The position numbers and the translations under genes were made by a program. A DNA stretch of 64,000 bases from Antechinus flavipes (Eukaryota). Position 1 is the stretch's first letter. Each line of letters starts with the position of its first letter. Where the stretch lies: NCBI RefSeq assembly GCF_016432865.1, contig NC_067398.1, forward strand, positions 243,908,001-243,972,000. Reading direction: 5' to 3'. The notes under the pieces are model-generated. The model searched no databases. It saw nothing but the letters and a program-made list of their open reading frames with translations, and was not told the DNA's origin. Below are positions 14,538 through 27,700 of this stretch, piece after piece.

Positions 14538-15104
14538 ACAACAGTTAAGTGACCTGCTAACAAAAGTAGCAAGTGTCTGAGGTTACAGTTGTCTGAGAAA
14601 GGAGTCTTCCTGGCCCCCAAGGCAGGCTCTCTATCCACTATTTCACCCAGTTGCCCATATAACATCCATTTCCTCTACCCTATAGTTCTTTCTGAAATCT
14701 TCCTGCTGGTCATTTCTTACAGAACAATAATATTCCATAACATTGATATACCACAATTTATTCAGCCATTCTCTAATGGGCATCCATTCAGTTTCTAGCC
14801 ACTACAAACAGGGCTGCCACAAACATTTTTGTACATACAGATCTCTTTCCCTTCTTTAAGATCTCTTTGGGATATAAGCCCAGTAGTAGCACTGCTGGAT
14901 CAAAGGATATGCACAGTTTGATGACTTTTTGAGGTAAACCTCCAGGTTTACAACAGTTAAGTGACCTGCTAACAAAAGTAGCAAGTGTCTGAGGTTACAG
15001 TTGTCTGAGAAAGGAGTCTTCCTGGCCCCCAAGGCAGGCTCTCTATCCACTATTTCACCCAGTTGCCCATATAACATCCATTTCCTCTACCCTATAGTTC
15101 TTTC
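14538..15104 (+). repeat. Perfect 155-bp direct duplication (14538-14692 and 14950-15104) enclosing a 246-bp exact copy of L1 sequence 13317-13562
   Basis: Base-by-base comparison by eye found no mismatches; offsets are a constant 412 and 1371 nt. Confidence 0.92.
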
Positions 15105-15544
15105 CCAAGCAATCTCCTGTGCTTTGATTCTATTCTCCTTCCCTATTTTGATCCTTTGTGAACCATTCAACTGAACTTTCCTCTTCTCTCGAATCCCTTA
15201 CCCCCAGACCTATTACCATATACATCTGCCTACAGACACCTTGCCAAAATCCTGTCTCTGTATTTCTCCCTTCATTCAGATGGGAAAGGAAACGAGAGAA
15301 AGTTAAGTAACTATACTATCTGGTTCATTGCAAATTTATGTTATTTAATCTCAAGGAGGCCTTCATTGGGCAAATCAATAATTCTGCTCTTCCCTAATTA
15401 ATTCTGTATGGAATTCCCCATAGCTGAAGTTCCTGACCTGTTACATTAAGCCTCTCCTTTGAACTTTGCCTAACTTCACTCCCCAAATTGAGGCCATTTC
15501 CCAAGAGCTCTGCCATCTTTCCTCCTCCACAGATGATTTATATA

Positions 15545-16360
15545 AACAACAGGAGATCTTGGAATACAACATTTTAAAAGGTGAGAGAGACACAAAATAA
15601 AGAATAACTTCCTGAAAAGTTCAATAGTCTACAGGGGGAAAATGTATCTTTGAAGGAATAAAGGATTTTCAAGCATTTCTGATGAAAAGATCAGACCTAT
15701 GATGGCAAGGAATTAGAAATTGAGTAGAAGCCCACCAGTTGGGGAAGGCTGAATAAATTATGATATAGGGATGTAATGGATTATTATTGTTCTATAAGGA
15801 ATCATGAGCAGGCTGATTTCAGAAAAATCTGGAAAGACTTATATGAAATTATCTGGAGTGAAGAGAGCAGAACCAGGAAAACATTATACATAGTAACAAG
15901 AAGATTGTGTGATGATAAGCTATGATAGACTTTGCTCTTCTCAGTAATCCAGTGATCCAAGATAATTCCAGTATCTTAGAAGGAAAATGCCATCTGCATC
16001 AAGAGAAAGAATTATAAAGACTTAAGGTAGATCAAAACATACTATTTTCACCTTTTTTTTGTTTGTTTTTCTCATGTCTTTTCCCTTTTGTCCAATTTTT
16101 CTTTCCCAACATGATCAATATAGAAATATGTTTTAAATGATTGTAGTCTGTATCAGAGTACTTACTATCTCTGGTAGGGGGGAGGTGAGGGAGGGAAGGA
16201 GAAAAAATTTGGAATCGATAATCTTACAGAAATGAATGTTGAAAATTATCTTTACCTGTAATTGGAAAAATAAAAAGAGTATTCAGAGGGGAAAAAAAAA
16301 AGATCAGAGCTGAGAAGGAATTTACAAATATAATCATAAGCAATCAGAGACATCTAGAGA
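15545..16360 (+). mobile_element. Degenerate L1 ORF1 C-terminal fragment with a nested L1 3' end (15696-16297)
   Basis: ORF1-like sequence resumes after the insert; 11-bp TSD AAAAGATCAGA at 15685-15695 and 16298-16308. Confidence 0.7.
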
Positions 16361-16579
16361 ATCAAATTTATTTAAATAATTAGATGGGGCTGAATGATGC
16401 TGCAATTCCAATAACATAATAAGTGAAGACAGCAGTATCCTCTCAGAACCTTAATATTTTCAGAAGGTTTTGAGGGAATTAATTGAGAAAAACAGAGGTT
16501 GGCTTATGGAATGATTTTGTTCTGAGGATTTTAGGAGAGGAAAGAGAAGGAAAGTTAAAAGAATTTTAGAAAGGAGGAA

Positions 16580-16745
16580 GAAGTAACTAAATGGTTCAGT
16601 GAAGGACTTCATCAGTCAGAAGGACTTGAGTTCAAATTTGGCTTCACACACTTGATACTTATCGTGTGGGTAAATCACTTAATTGCCTTGCCAAAAAAAA
16701 AAAAAAAAAAGAAAAGAAAAAGAAAAGAAAGAAAGAAAAAGAAAG
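16580..16745 (+). mobile_element. Degenerate WSINE1-like SINE with (A)n(GAAA)n tail
   Basis: B-box-like ggacttgagttcaaat, then aaatcacttaattgcc and a long A/GAAA tail. Confidence 0.6.
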
Positions 16746-17475
16746 GAGGTAGAACTTGCTACTTCTTATAATTAGCTCTGAGAAGAGTATATTTACATGC
16801 TTTCTTAACAGGTGGGGAGGAAAGAGAGAATTTGGAACTGAAAATAAATTTAAATAAATTTATAAAATTATATTTTATAGCTTAAATTAAATTAAATTAA
16901 AGTTTAAATTAAATTAAAGAATATACAAAAATGAAAAAAATGGATGAAGGAAGTAGACATCAAATGAAAAGGCGCATTAAACACAATTTGTTGTGGAAAT
17001 GTATGAAATTGAAGGGGGAATAGGGACAGAGGAAAGGTTTAAAAAGAGCATTATATAAAGCAATGGGACTTTGAAGGAGTGGATTCAAAAGGAAGAGAAA
17101 AAGAAAAGAATTGGAATCTTAAGAAGGGAGTCCATCAGTTGGGAAAGGGCTAATCAAGTTAAGGGATTTAAATGTAATGGAATATTGTTGTAATGTAAGA
17201 AATTACAAAAAGAGATGATTTCAGAGAAGTATAAATTCATGAATGGAGTGAGCAGCAATTTCTACAAGGTCAATATTGTAAAGAAAAACATTTTTTAAAG
17301 ATCAAGAATTATTCTTATCAAAGGAATGATCAATCCTGCCTCTGGAGGACCTGTGTTGAAGCCTGTTATAATCATCATCTAACAGATGAACTCAAGATGA
17401 AGAATTTGTTGTACAGTCATGTCTGACTCTTCACGAACCTAGTTTGGGACATTCTTGGCAAAGAAATTGTAGTGT

Positions 17476-20440
17476 ATTAGGTAAACTACTAGCATAATTG
17501 ACTATATCAATAATCAAACTAACAGAAATCATACAATTATATCAATGGATGCAGAAAAAGCTTTTGACAAAATCCAACACTTGTTCCTATTAAAAACACT
17601 AGAGAGCATAGGAATAAATGGAGTTTTCCTTAAAATGATCAATATCTACTTAAAACCATCAGCAGGCATCATATGTAATGGGGATAAATTAGAAGCATTC
17701 CCAGTAAGATTAGGAGTGAAACAAGATTGTCCACTATCACCATTACTATTCAATATTGTATTAGAAATTAGCTTTAACAATAAAAGCAAAAGAAATAAAA
17801 GGAATTAGAGTAGGTAATAAGGAAACAAAATTATCACGCTTTGCAGATGATATCATATAGTTGGAGAATCCTAGAGAATCAACTAAAAAAATACTAGAAA
17901 CAACAACTTTAGCAAAGTTGCAGGATACAAAAGTAATCCACATAAATCATCAGCTTTTCTGTATGTTATCAACAAAATATAGCAGCAAGAGATAAAAAGA
18001 GAAATTCCATTTAAAATAACTTTAGATAGTAAATACTTGCGAGTCCATCTGCCAAGACAAAGCCAGGAATTCTATGAACTCAATTACAAAACACTTTCTA
18101 TACAAATAAAGTTAGATCTAAACAATTGAAAGAATATCAAGTACTCATAGGTAGGCTAAGCTAATATAATAAAAATGACAATTCCACCTAAATTAATCTA
18201 ATTGTCATACCAATCAAATTGCCAAGAAATTACAGAATTTGAAAAAATAAAATTCATCTGAAAGAAAATCAAGAATTTCAAGGAATTAATGAAAAAATGC
18301 AAATTAAGGTATCCTAGTTGTATCAGACATACTATGTTATAAAGCAGTGGTCATCAAAAGTATTTGGTACTGGCTAAGAAATAGAGTAGTTAATATAGGT
18401 TAGGCTCACAATTAACAATAGCCAATGACTATAGTAATCTAGTGTTTGATAAACCCAAAACACTCTAGCTTCTGGGATAAGAACTTAGTATATGACAAAA
18501 ATTGCTGGGAAAACTGGAAAACAGTGTGGCAGAAACTAGGCATTGACCAAAACCTAACACCTCATGCCAAGATAAGGTTGAAATGGGTTCATGATTTAGA
18601 CATAAAGGGTGATACTATAAGCAGATTAGAAGAACAAGAGATAGTCTACGTCTCAGACCTGTGAAGAAAGGAATTTATGGCCAAAGAAGAACTGGAGAAT
18701 ATTATAAAATGCAAAGTGGATAATTTTGATTATATTAAATTAAAAAGGGTTTGCACAAACAAAACCAATGAAGCCAAGATTAGAAGGGAAGCAGAAAACT
18801 GGGGAAAAAAAATTTACATCCAAGGGTTCTGATAAAGGTCTCATTTCTAGAATATATGGAGAATTGACTCAAATTTATAAGAATACAAGCCACACAGCCC
18901 TGTTTGTAGTGGCTAGAAACTGGAAATTGAATGGATACCCATCAATTAGAGAATGGCTGGGTAAATTGTGGTGTATGAATGTTATGGAATATTATTGTTC
19001 TGTAAGAAATGACCAGCAGGATGAATACAGAGAGGCTTGGAAAGACTTACATGAACTGATGCTAAGTGAAATGAGAAGAACCAGGAGATCACTTTACACT
19101 TCGACAACGATATTGTATGAGGATGTATTCTGATGGAAGTGGATTTCTTTGACAAAGACTCAATTTCAATTGATAAATGATGGACAGAAGCAGCTACACC
19201 CAAAGAAAGAACACTGGGAAACGAATGTGAACTATTTGCATTTTTGTTTTTCTTTCTGAGTTGTTTTTTACTTCTGAATCCAATTCTCCCTGTGCAACAA
19301 GAGAACTGCTTGGTTCTGCACACATATATTGTATCTAGGATATACTGCAACATATTTAACATATATAGGACTGCTTGCCATCTAGGGGAGGGGGTAGAGG
19401 GAGGGAGGGGAAAAATCGGAACAGAAGCGAGTGCAAGGGATAATGTTGTAAAAAAAAAAAAATTACCCTGGCATGGATTCTGTCAATATAAAGTTATTAT
19501 AAAATAAAATAAAATATTAAAAAAAAAGAATACAAGCCACATTTTCCAACTGATAAATGGCCAAAGGATATGAATAATTTTCAGATGAAGAAATTAAAAT
19601 AATTTCTAGTCATATGAAAAAATGCTCTAAATCATTATTGATTAGAGAAATGCAAATTAAGACAACTCTGAGGTACTTCTCCAATTGGCTAAGATGTCAG
19701 AAAAATATAATGATAAATGTTGGAGGGGATGAATATATTATTGGTGGAGTTGTGAATTGATTCAACTATTCTGGAGAGCAATTTGGAACTCTGCCCAAAG
19801 AAGTATTAAACTTTGCATACCTTTTATCTCTCAGTGTCTCTATTGAGTCGATATCCCAAAGATATCATAAAAAAGGGAAAAGGACCCACATGTGCAAAAC
19901 TGTTTGTGGCAGCCCTTTTTGGAGTAGCAAGAAACTGGAAACTGAGTGGATGTCCATCAATTGGGGAATGGCTGCATAAGTTGTGGCATATGAAGATAAT
20001 GGACTATTATTGTTCTACAAAAAATGAAGAACAAGCTGATTTTTAAAAAGGCCTGAAAAATTTTACACGAACTGATATATCAGATATAAGAGAAACAAGC
20101 AGAATCAGTATTACATTGTACAATAATAGCAAGAATATATGATGATCAACTATGAAAGACTTGGTTCTTCTCAGTGGTTCAATGATCTAAAGCAATACCA
20201 ATAGACTTTGGACAGAAACTGTCATTTGCATCCAGAAAAAGAGCTAAGAAGACTGAACGTAAATCAACACATGCTATGTTCATTAATTTTTTGTTTTTGT
20301 TTTTGTTTTTTCTTTCTCCCATGATTTTTTCTTTTTACTCTGATTTTTCTCTCTCAACATGACTCATAAAGCAATGTGTATTAAAAATAAACAAATTTAC
20401 TAGGAAAAAGAAAACTATGCATATGTTTTGAAAATAAAAA
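17476..20440 (+). mobile_element. LINE-1 ORF2 (RT domain to 3' UTR), degenerate, with a nested young L1
   Basis: [29 protein letters not shown] and FADD RT motifs with stops and frameshifts; the sequence continues after the nested insert. Confidence 0.9.
18895..19525 (+). mobile_element. Young 5'-truncated LINE-1, 631 bp, nested in an older L1
   Basis: Same family as 7379-8020; 16-bp TSD AAGAATACAAGCCACA at 18879-18894 and 19526-19541. Confidence 0.92.
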
Positions 20441-20769
20441 GCTTTGCATGTTAAAAAAAAATTTTTTTTAAATATATTACCATGATCCTAGACAGGCAGA
20501 TTCTAAATTTTGGTGTCACCTTCAATCCCTCACTCTCATTCACTCATATATCCTATCTACTAGCAGAACTTGTCATTCCTAACTTCATTAAATTTTGCTT
20601 TTATGTTCTTTCTCCATGCATGTGATTAATCCCATAATAGAGGTGCTCATCACCTCTGGCCTAGACTGTTTAGAATGGCTTTCTTAAAAAAGTTTTTTTT
20701 TTTTGGTACTGATATTTTTTATTTATATCACCAAAATTCTTCTCTTTATTCCTTTCCCTCCTCACTTCC

Positions 20770-23130
20770 TGAGAGGCCATATAATTTTTAAAATTTTTAT
20801 TTTAATATATATTTTTTCCAATTACATGAAAAGATGTTTTTCAACATTCATTTTTGCAAACTTTAAGTTCCAAATTTTTTTTCTCTTCCCTCCTTTATTT
20901 CTTCCTCTCCAAGACAGCAAGCAATCTGATATAGATTATATGTGTACATTCATTTATTTTTTTTTCCATATTAGAATTGGTTTATTTACAAGGGAAAAAA
21001 CATTAAAAGTGACAATACTTGTACAATTAAAAAAAAATTTGTTTCCAATCTTGAAATTTCTTCTTTCTTCCTTGTTGTTTATAAAAAATATTTTATGAAA
21101 GGGTATGCAGTTTTTAGGTTTTATAGCCCTTTGGGCATAGTTCCAAATTGCTTTCCAGAATGGTTGGATCAGTACATTTATTTTAAACCTACTTCCATAT
21201 GAGTCAAGTTGGGGGGAAAAAATCAGAACAAAAGAGAAAAAAAACACTAGAAAGAAAAAACAAATCAAGGGAAAAAATGTTAAAATAGTATACACTGGAT
21301 CTGCATTCAGTCTATAGTTCTCCAGTTCTCCTTTCAGCACCTCCTTACTAGTTTTTTGTTTTTGACCAATTCCTCCTTTCCTAACAACTTGTAGTATTTT
21401 CTCCTTGACCTTATAATTCTCAAATTTTGCTACAATATTTCTTGGGATTTTCCTTATGTGATCTCTTTCAGGAAATGATTGAAGGATTCTTTTAATGACT
21501 ATTTTGCTCTCTGGTTCTCCTATATTAGGGCAGTTTTCCTTGACGATCTTTTGAAGAATACTGTCCAGGCACGCTCGCGCGCTCTCGCACTCTCTCTCTC
21601 TCTCTTTTTTAGTCAGGGCTTTCAGGTAGTCCAATAATTTTTAAATTGTTTCTCTTTAATTTATTTTTCAGATCAGTTGTTTTCAATGAGATACTTTAAT
21701 TTTCTTCTTTCCTGCTCTGGAGCTGTTGGGGGTGTCCCTGCCCCAATATATCTGGATCTAGTGTGCTAAATCAATAGTTTTGCTTTGCTAGTGCTGGGGT
21801 CCTACGTTTGGGGCCAGGGCTGCACTGGCAGGGCCTGCACTAGAGGCTCCCAACTTGATAACACAGACCCTTCCCATTGACTTTCTGAGTCTTCCTTGGT
21901 GTTCCCTGGCCAAGAAATCCAGAAGCCTCTAGCACTACTGCTGATTCAGAAGTCCCACTTCACTGATGCTGGTGTCTGGTCTGGGTCTGGGCATTGGTGT
22001 AGCCTGTGCTGGGATTATGCTGACGTCTCACCCTGGTTCCAAGTCGCTTTCAGCTGAAATATGTTCTATTCTGTCTTTGGGAGTATTCTAATAACAGAAA
22101 GAGTGAGAATGCTATGTTGTGTTCCACACTTAGTTCCCACAATCCTCTCTCTGGATATAAATGGCTCTCTTCATCACTGAACAACTGGAACTGATTTAAA
22201 TCATCTCACAGTTGAAGACAGCTGTGTCCATCAGAATTGATCATCGTATAGTCTTCTTGTTGCTGTGTACAATGATCTCCTGGTTCTGCTCATTTCCCAG
22301 GAGATCATTGTACACAGCAACAAGTCAGCATCAGTTCATTTAAGTCTCTCCAGGCCTCTCTGAATTCGTCCTGGTGATTGTTTCTTAGAGAAGAATAATA
22401 TTCCATAACTTTCATATACCATAATATATTCATCCATTCTCCAATTGATGGGCATCCACTCAGTTTCCAGTTTCTCATCACTACAAAAAGGGCTGTCACA
22501 AGCATTTTTGCACATGTGGGTCCCTTTTTCCTCCTTTAAGATCAATTTGGGGTATGCCCCCATCAATGCCCAATAGAAACACTGCTGGGTCAAAAGGTAT
22601 ATACACCGTTTGAAAACTTTTTGTCTTGCTCATCTTTTTTCTCCTTCCCCTCTTTTTGTGATTTTTTAAAGTCTTAGTTCTGCTCCTGGCGCTTAGGGGA
22701 TGATGTTCCAGCTTCTTGTGCAACTTTAAAGCTTGGCTTTGAGCAAAGCTCAAACACAGGGCTCCTTTGTGTTTGGTGTCTTGCTTACAGCTCTGGGGGT
22801 AGTCTTGACTGATGACCTGCACTGGACGCTCCCCCACTGGTCTACTCTGCTACGATTTCATCGAGTCAGGACAGAGGGTCTTCTATTTCTGATCTGCTGA
22901 TAAGAGCTTCCCCACTTGCTTTCTTGGATATCTTCTGAGCTGGGCTGCATATCCTTTTCATCTCAGTAAGACTGACCTTTCTTGAAGTCCTGTCTTGAGC
23001 TGGAAAATTGTTTTGTTTCATCTCTTCATAGGTCCTGCCACTCCAGACTCTGTTCAGAGCTTGGTTTCATGTGGTTTTCAAGGAAACGGGGAGTGCTTGA
23101 GCAGCTTTCTGGCTTCCCTCCACATCTTCT
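20770..23130. mobile_element. Cluster of L1 fragments (3' ends, ORF1 at ~21330-21680 on minus, 5' UTR-like GC-richer pieces)
   Basis: Minus-strand translation DYLKALTKK...QKIVKENCPN...IVAKFENYKVKEKILQ is L1 ORF1-like; a further ORF2 C-terminal piece lies at ~22090-22620. Confidence 0.75.
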
Positions 23131-23749
23131 GTTTTCTTGAAAGTGGTTACTTCATATTTCATCAGTTCATGTAAATTTCTTCATGCTTGTCTATATTGCT
23201 GATAATTATGTGAAATTGGTTATTGATTAGTAGTGAAGAGTTTTATTAATTACAGCAGTAACCATTGTAATCAATTCCTAAAGACTGAGATTCAGAACTA
23301 TTTTGTAAAGGCCTTAGTAATATGATACTACATAGGAGACTATGCATATAACTTTGAGCTAACTTGCTTCTTTAAAAAGCTAAAGATGAATGGAGAATGA
23401 TTCAACTTGATCAGATATTTTTCTAAGCACTGGGGTTCTTTGGTGCAGGGGACTGTTGAATTGAGGATTTTCCAAAGGATGTTGATTAATTCTGTGTTAC
23501 CATAGACTCTGGAAGACCCTTGTTACAAGTTAGCACAGTATGGGCCAATGAAGTCTTAGTTTATTTGGTATTGGTTGATATTATATAATAAACTTATATA
23601 ATCAAAATGTTCAAAAGAATACTTTGATTGTATGGGTGAGATTTTGATCACTGAGATAATTATTAGCCTTGCTATTAAATAGATTATGCTTAGACTTTTG
23701 TGCTTCTGTTTCTCTTAGTTACAGGTTTATGGAGATAGTTATCATTTTT

Positions 23750-25420
23750 TAAAGAATAGTAATATTTCATAACACTCATGTGCTACAATTTATTTATCCA
23801 TTACCCACTTGTTGGATATCTTCATTGATTCTGTTTCTTTTTTCCTTTAAAAAATGCTGTTGTTCTCTGAGGTACCACTACACATCTCTCAGACTGGCTA
23901 AGATGACAGGAAAATATAATGCTAAATTTTGGAAGGGTTGTGGGAAAACTGTCACACTAATATATTGTTGATGGAGTTGCAAACTAATCCAACCATTCTG
24001 GAGAGCAATTTGGAACTATGCTTAAAAGTCAATCAAATTGTGAATACCTTTTGATCCAGCAATATCTCTTCTGGGTCTGTATCACAGAGAGAATATAAAA
24101 AAAGGAAAAAGACCCACATATGCAAAAATGTTTGTGGCATCCCTTTTTATAGTGGCAGGGAATTGGAAACTGAATAGACGCCCATCAGTTGGAGAATGGC
24201 TGAATAAGTTATAGTTATGAATGTTATGGAATATTATTGCTCTATAAGAAATGATTTCAGAAAGACCTGATGCTAAATGAAATGAATAGAACCAAGAAAA
24301 CATTGTACACAGCAACAAGAAGATTATGTGATGATCAACTGTGATGGATGGGGTTCTTTTCAACAGCAAGGAGATTCAGACCAATTCCAATAGACTTGTT
24401 ATAGAGCCATCAGCACCCATTGAAAGGACTATGAAGATTGAACATGGATTACAATATAGTATTTTCACCTTTTTTATTGCTATTTGCTTGATTTTTTTCT
24501 TCTTTCTCATTTTTTTCCTCTTTTGAGCTGATCATTCTTGTGCTGCATGATAAATGTGGAAATATGCTTAGAAGAATTGCAATGTTTTTCTCACTCTTTT
24601 TGTTGCTGTTCACTTGCATTTTGTTTTCTTATTTTCTCTCCTTTTTGATCTGATTTTTCTTGTGCAGCAAGAAAATTGTATAAATATATTTACACACATT
24701 GGATTTAACATATATTTTAACATATATAACATTGGATTGCTTGCCATCTAGGGGAGGTGGTTAAGGAAAAGAAGGGGAAAATCTGAAACACAAGGCTATG
24801 CAAGGGTCAATGTTGAAAAATTATCCATACATATGTTTTGAAAATAGAAAACTTTAAGAAGAAAACAGAAAAAAAAGAATTGCAATGTTTAACCTCTATT
24901 GGATTACTTGCTATCTAAGGGAGGAGGAGGTTTGGGAAAGAGGAAGAAAAATCTGGAACACAAGATTTTGCAAGAATGAATGTTGAAAATAATTTTTGCC
25001 TGTATTTTGAAAATAAAAAGCTATTATTACATTTTTAATGCTGTTATTTATATGTTCCTTTCTAATTTATCAGTAATTTCCTTTTTTGCTATATATGCTC
25101 ATGATTAGAAACTCCGAGTCAAAAAGAGTTGGACATTTCCAAAGTGCCTGTAGAATTGTTGTACTAAATCACAGCACCACCAACAAACTAGTTATGTTTC
25201 TGTTTTTTCACAACACTTCCAACATTTATCATTCAATCTTTTGTCATTTTGTCAACTTGGTATGTTTATGTCAGGTGAAACCTCAGGGATATTTTAATTT
25301 GCTTTTCTCTTATTAGTAACTTGAAGCATTTTTTTATGTGATTGTTAATAATTTGAAATTCTTTTGAAAAGTGTTTTTTCATATCCTTTGACTTCAATTG
25401 GGGAATGGCTTTTTTTAAAA
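23750..25420. mobile_element. L1 fragments including an L1 tail (24588-24874) nested in another L1 tail
   Basis: ORF2 C-terminal motifs; 16-bp TSD AAGAATTGCAATGTTT at 24572-24587 and 24875-24890. Confidence 0.75.
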
Positions 25421-25669
25421 ATAAGAGTTATGAATATTTATGATGGTTTAATAATGGGATTTTTTGCATCCATGAATAATAAAGATTTTAACAAGAACAG
25501 ATAACAAGACCGGGACAAAACAGTAAAGTGGTTAATACAAGAATCCCTCCTTGAAGGGACCCCACTGAATAGTCTGGCAAAATTTGTTTCCTAGAAAGAA
25601 AGCCCATGATTTTAAGTAAAGTGGTTATAAATCAACTTTTATCGTCTAAGCATTACATATTTTTTCCTG

Positions 25670-27700
25670 ATATTTTTTTTTTATTTTGAAAAAAATTTCT
25701 TTACAACATTATCCCTTGCATTCACTTCTGTTGCGATTTTTCCCCTTCCTCCCTCCACCCCCTTCCCCAGATGGCAAGCAGTCCTTTACATGTTAAACAG
25801 ATTACAGTATATAAGAATTCCTTTCTTAAGAATATCAACTGCTCATGGATAGGCTGAGCTAATATAATAAAAATGACAATTCTATTTAAATTAATCTGCT
25901 TATTCAGTGCTATAACAATCAAATTGCTGCCAAAAAATTACTTTATAAGCTAGAAAAAATAATAATAAAATTCATATGGGAGAACAAAAGGTCAAAAATT
26001 TCAAGGGAATTAGTGAAAAATAAAAAATAAAAAGGAAAGTGGCCTAGTTGTACTAAAACTATATTATAAAGAAGCAGTCATCAAAACTATTTGGTTCTGG
26101 CTAAGAAATAGGATAATGGATCAATGGAATAGATTAGGTTCTAATCTAAGAATTAGAAACAAAAAGCCAATGACTTTAGTAATCTAGTGTTTGTTAAATC
26201 CAAAGACTCCTGCTTCTATCATAAGAACTCACTATTTCAAAAAAATCGCTGGGAAAAATGGAAAATAGTATGGCAGAAATTAGATATTGACCAACATCTA
26301 ACATCCTATACTAAGAGAAGGATGAAATGGTTTCATGATTTAGACAAAAAGAGTGACATTGTAAGCAAATTAGGAGAACAAGTGGTAGTCTTACTCAGAC
26401 CTGTGGAGAGGGGAGGACTTATGACCAAAGAAGAACTAGAGAAAATTATGAAATGCAAAATGCATAATTTTGATTAAACTAAATTAAAAGGTTTTTGTAC
26501 AACCAAAACCAATGTCAATATTAAAAGGGCAGCAGAAAGCTGGGAAAAAAATTTTTTTTACAGCCAGTGTTTCTGATAAAGGCTTCATTTCTAAACTATA
26601 TAGAGAATTCCTACCTTTAGTCTGCATCTCGGCTCCATCTCACTATATAGAGAATTGACTCAAATTTATAAGAATACGAGAATACATTGATAAGTGATCA
26701 ATGTATATGAACAATTTTTAGATAAAGAAATTAAAGCCATTTCTAATCATATGAAAAAATGCAAATTAAGATAACTCCGGTTACCTGAATTACAACTTCA
26801 CAACTCTCAGGTTGGTTAAAATGACAGGAAAAGATAATGATGAATGTTGGAGGGGATGTGGGAAAACTGGGACACTAATGCATTGTTGGTGGAATTGTGA
26901 ACGAATCCAACCATTCTGGAGAGCAATTTGGAACTATGTCCAAAGGGCTATAAAACTATGCATACCCATGAATCCAGCAGTGTCTCTACTGTGTCTGTAT
27001 CCCAAATAAATCATAAAAGAGGGAAAAGAACCCACATGTGTAAAAATGTTTGTGCAGCTCTTTTTGTAATGGCAAGGAATTAGAAATTGAGTGGATGCCC
27101 TTCAGTTGGGGAATGACTGGATAAGTTATGGTATATGAATGTAATGGAATATTAGTTCTTTAAGAGGTGATGAACAGGCTGGTTTCAGAAAAACCTGGAA
27201 AGACTTACATGAACTGATGCTAAGTGAAATGAGCAAAGCCAAGAGAACATTGTACACAGCAGCAAGATTATGTGATGATCAACTGTGAATTTGGCTCTTT
27301 TCAACAATGAGATGATTCAAGGTAATTCCAATAAACTTGTAATGAAAAGTGCATTCCATCTACATTCAAAGGGAGAATTATGAAGACTGAATGTGGGTCA
27401 AATCATAGTATTTTCACCTCTTTTATTTTCACCTCTTTTTTGTTGTTTTCTTGTTTTTTTTTTTTTTCTCATATGTTTTTCACTTTTGACATGGGTTGTT
27501 TTTTTTTTTTTTTTTTTTTTGTCTCAGTATGATGAATATAGAAACATGTTTAGAAGAACTGTACATATTTAACCTATGTCAGATTGTTTGCTGCCCTGGG
27601 GAGGAGAAAGGAGAGAGGAGAGGGAGAAAAATCTAAAATGTGAAGGTACATATTGAAAAATACTTTTGCATATTATTTAGGAAAATAAAGTACCATTAAA
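25670..27700 (+). mobile_element. L1 ORF2 3' half (+, ~25830-27700) preceded by a short young-family L1 tail (-, ~25670-25820)
   Basis: MTGKDNDECWRGCGKTGTLMHCWW zinc-knuckle region and 3' UTR with A tail. Confidence 0.85.

Noticed and set aside
20954-21634. 226-aa minus-strand ORF
   Set aside because: A chimera of degenerate L1 ORF1, a (GA)n/(CG) microsatellite and unrelated L1 pieces that happens to be open.
7760-27009. Many ORF-track entries with MEYYCSVRNDQQ / CWRGCGKTGTL motifs
   Set aside because: They are L1 ORF2 C-terminal fragments, frameshifted and 5'-truncated, often fused to flanking DNA. They are not host genes, and no intact L1 is present.
27410-27439. 15-bp tandem duplication ATTTTCACCTCTTTT in an L1 tail
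   Set aside because: An ordinary slippage event in a decayed repeat.
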